DNA of 64,000 bases from Mobula hypostoma. Taxonomy: Eukaryota. Below the pieces are notes generated by a model that had not been told where the DNA came from, did not search any database, and saw nothing but the letters and a program-made list of their open reading frames with translations. Made by a program: the position numbers and the translations under genes. Location of the stretch: NCBI RefSeq assembly GCF_963921235.1, contig NC_086097.1, positions 241,120,001 to 241,184,000 of the forward strand. The letters run 5' to 3'. Of the stretch, positions 63,600 through 64,000 are shown one piece after another (position 1 is the stretch's first letter; each line of letters begins with the position of its first letter).

Positions 63600-64000
63600 A
63601 CCAGGAGTTTAAGGAGATTTTGAGGAGACTCTTGCATTTTTCTACCCGTGTACAGTAGAGAGCAGTTGGACTAGATGCATCACAGCCTGGTAGGAAGCCT
63701 CTAATGTACATCAACGAAAGAGGCTGCATAAAGATGTAGGCTCTACCAGCTCTATCATGGGCACAATCTTCCTCACCATCGACACCATCTTCAAGAGGTG
63801 ATGCCTCAAAAAGGTACCACATATCATTAAAGATCTTCACCACGTGGGACATGTCTTCTTCTCATTCCTACCATCAGGGAGGAGATACAGGATCCTGAAG
63901 ACACACACTCAATACTTTTGGAACAGTTTCTTCCCCTCCGCCATCAGATTTCTGCAAGGTCCATGAACCCATGAAAGTTACCTCATTATTCATCTTTTGT
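63600..64000 (+). mobile_element. Rex/Babar 3' fragment
   Basis: IIKDLHHVGH.FFSFLPSGRRYR...NSFFPSAIR. Confidence 0.8.

Overview
This is eukaryotic, repeat-saturated DNA. The repeat set (many CR1 LINEs, Rex/Babar LINEs, Penelope-like elements, V-SINE-like tRNA SINEs, RTE-derived elements, a short-LTR Gypsy, Tc1/mariner and hAT derivatives) suggests a cartilaginous fish, probably a ray; that is an inference. No host protein-coding gene could be supported, so the window is probably a large intron or intergenic DNA, and essentially all long ORFs are decayed retrotransposon ORFs. Main structures: (1) short fold-back Penelope-derived inserts with 13-bp target-site duplications (TSDs), each carrying a minimal hammerhead-ribozyme motif on both strands (36642-36919, 43499-43731; larger versions at 19.8-20.5 kb and 22.2-22.75 kb); (2) a twin-primed, 5'-inverted L1/Tx1 element inside a five-element nest (15.2-19.2 kb); (3) a Vingi/Ingi-type LINE with an 8-bp TSD interrupted by a multi-TIR mariner derivative; (4) a hAT derivative with a 6-bp TSD; (5) a duplication/double-inversion template-switch scar at 60.9-61.8 kb. 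Family names come from recognised motifs, not database searches. Boundaries without a stated TSD are approximate.
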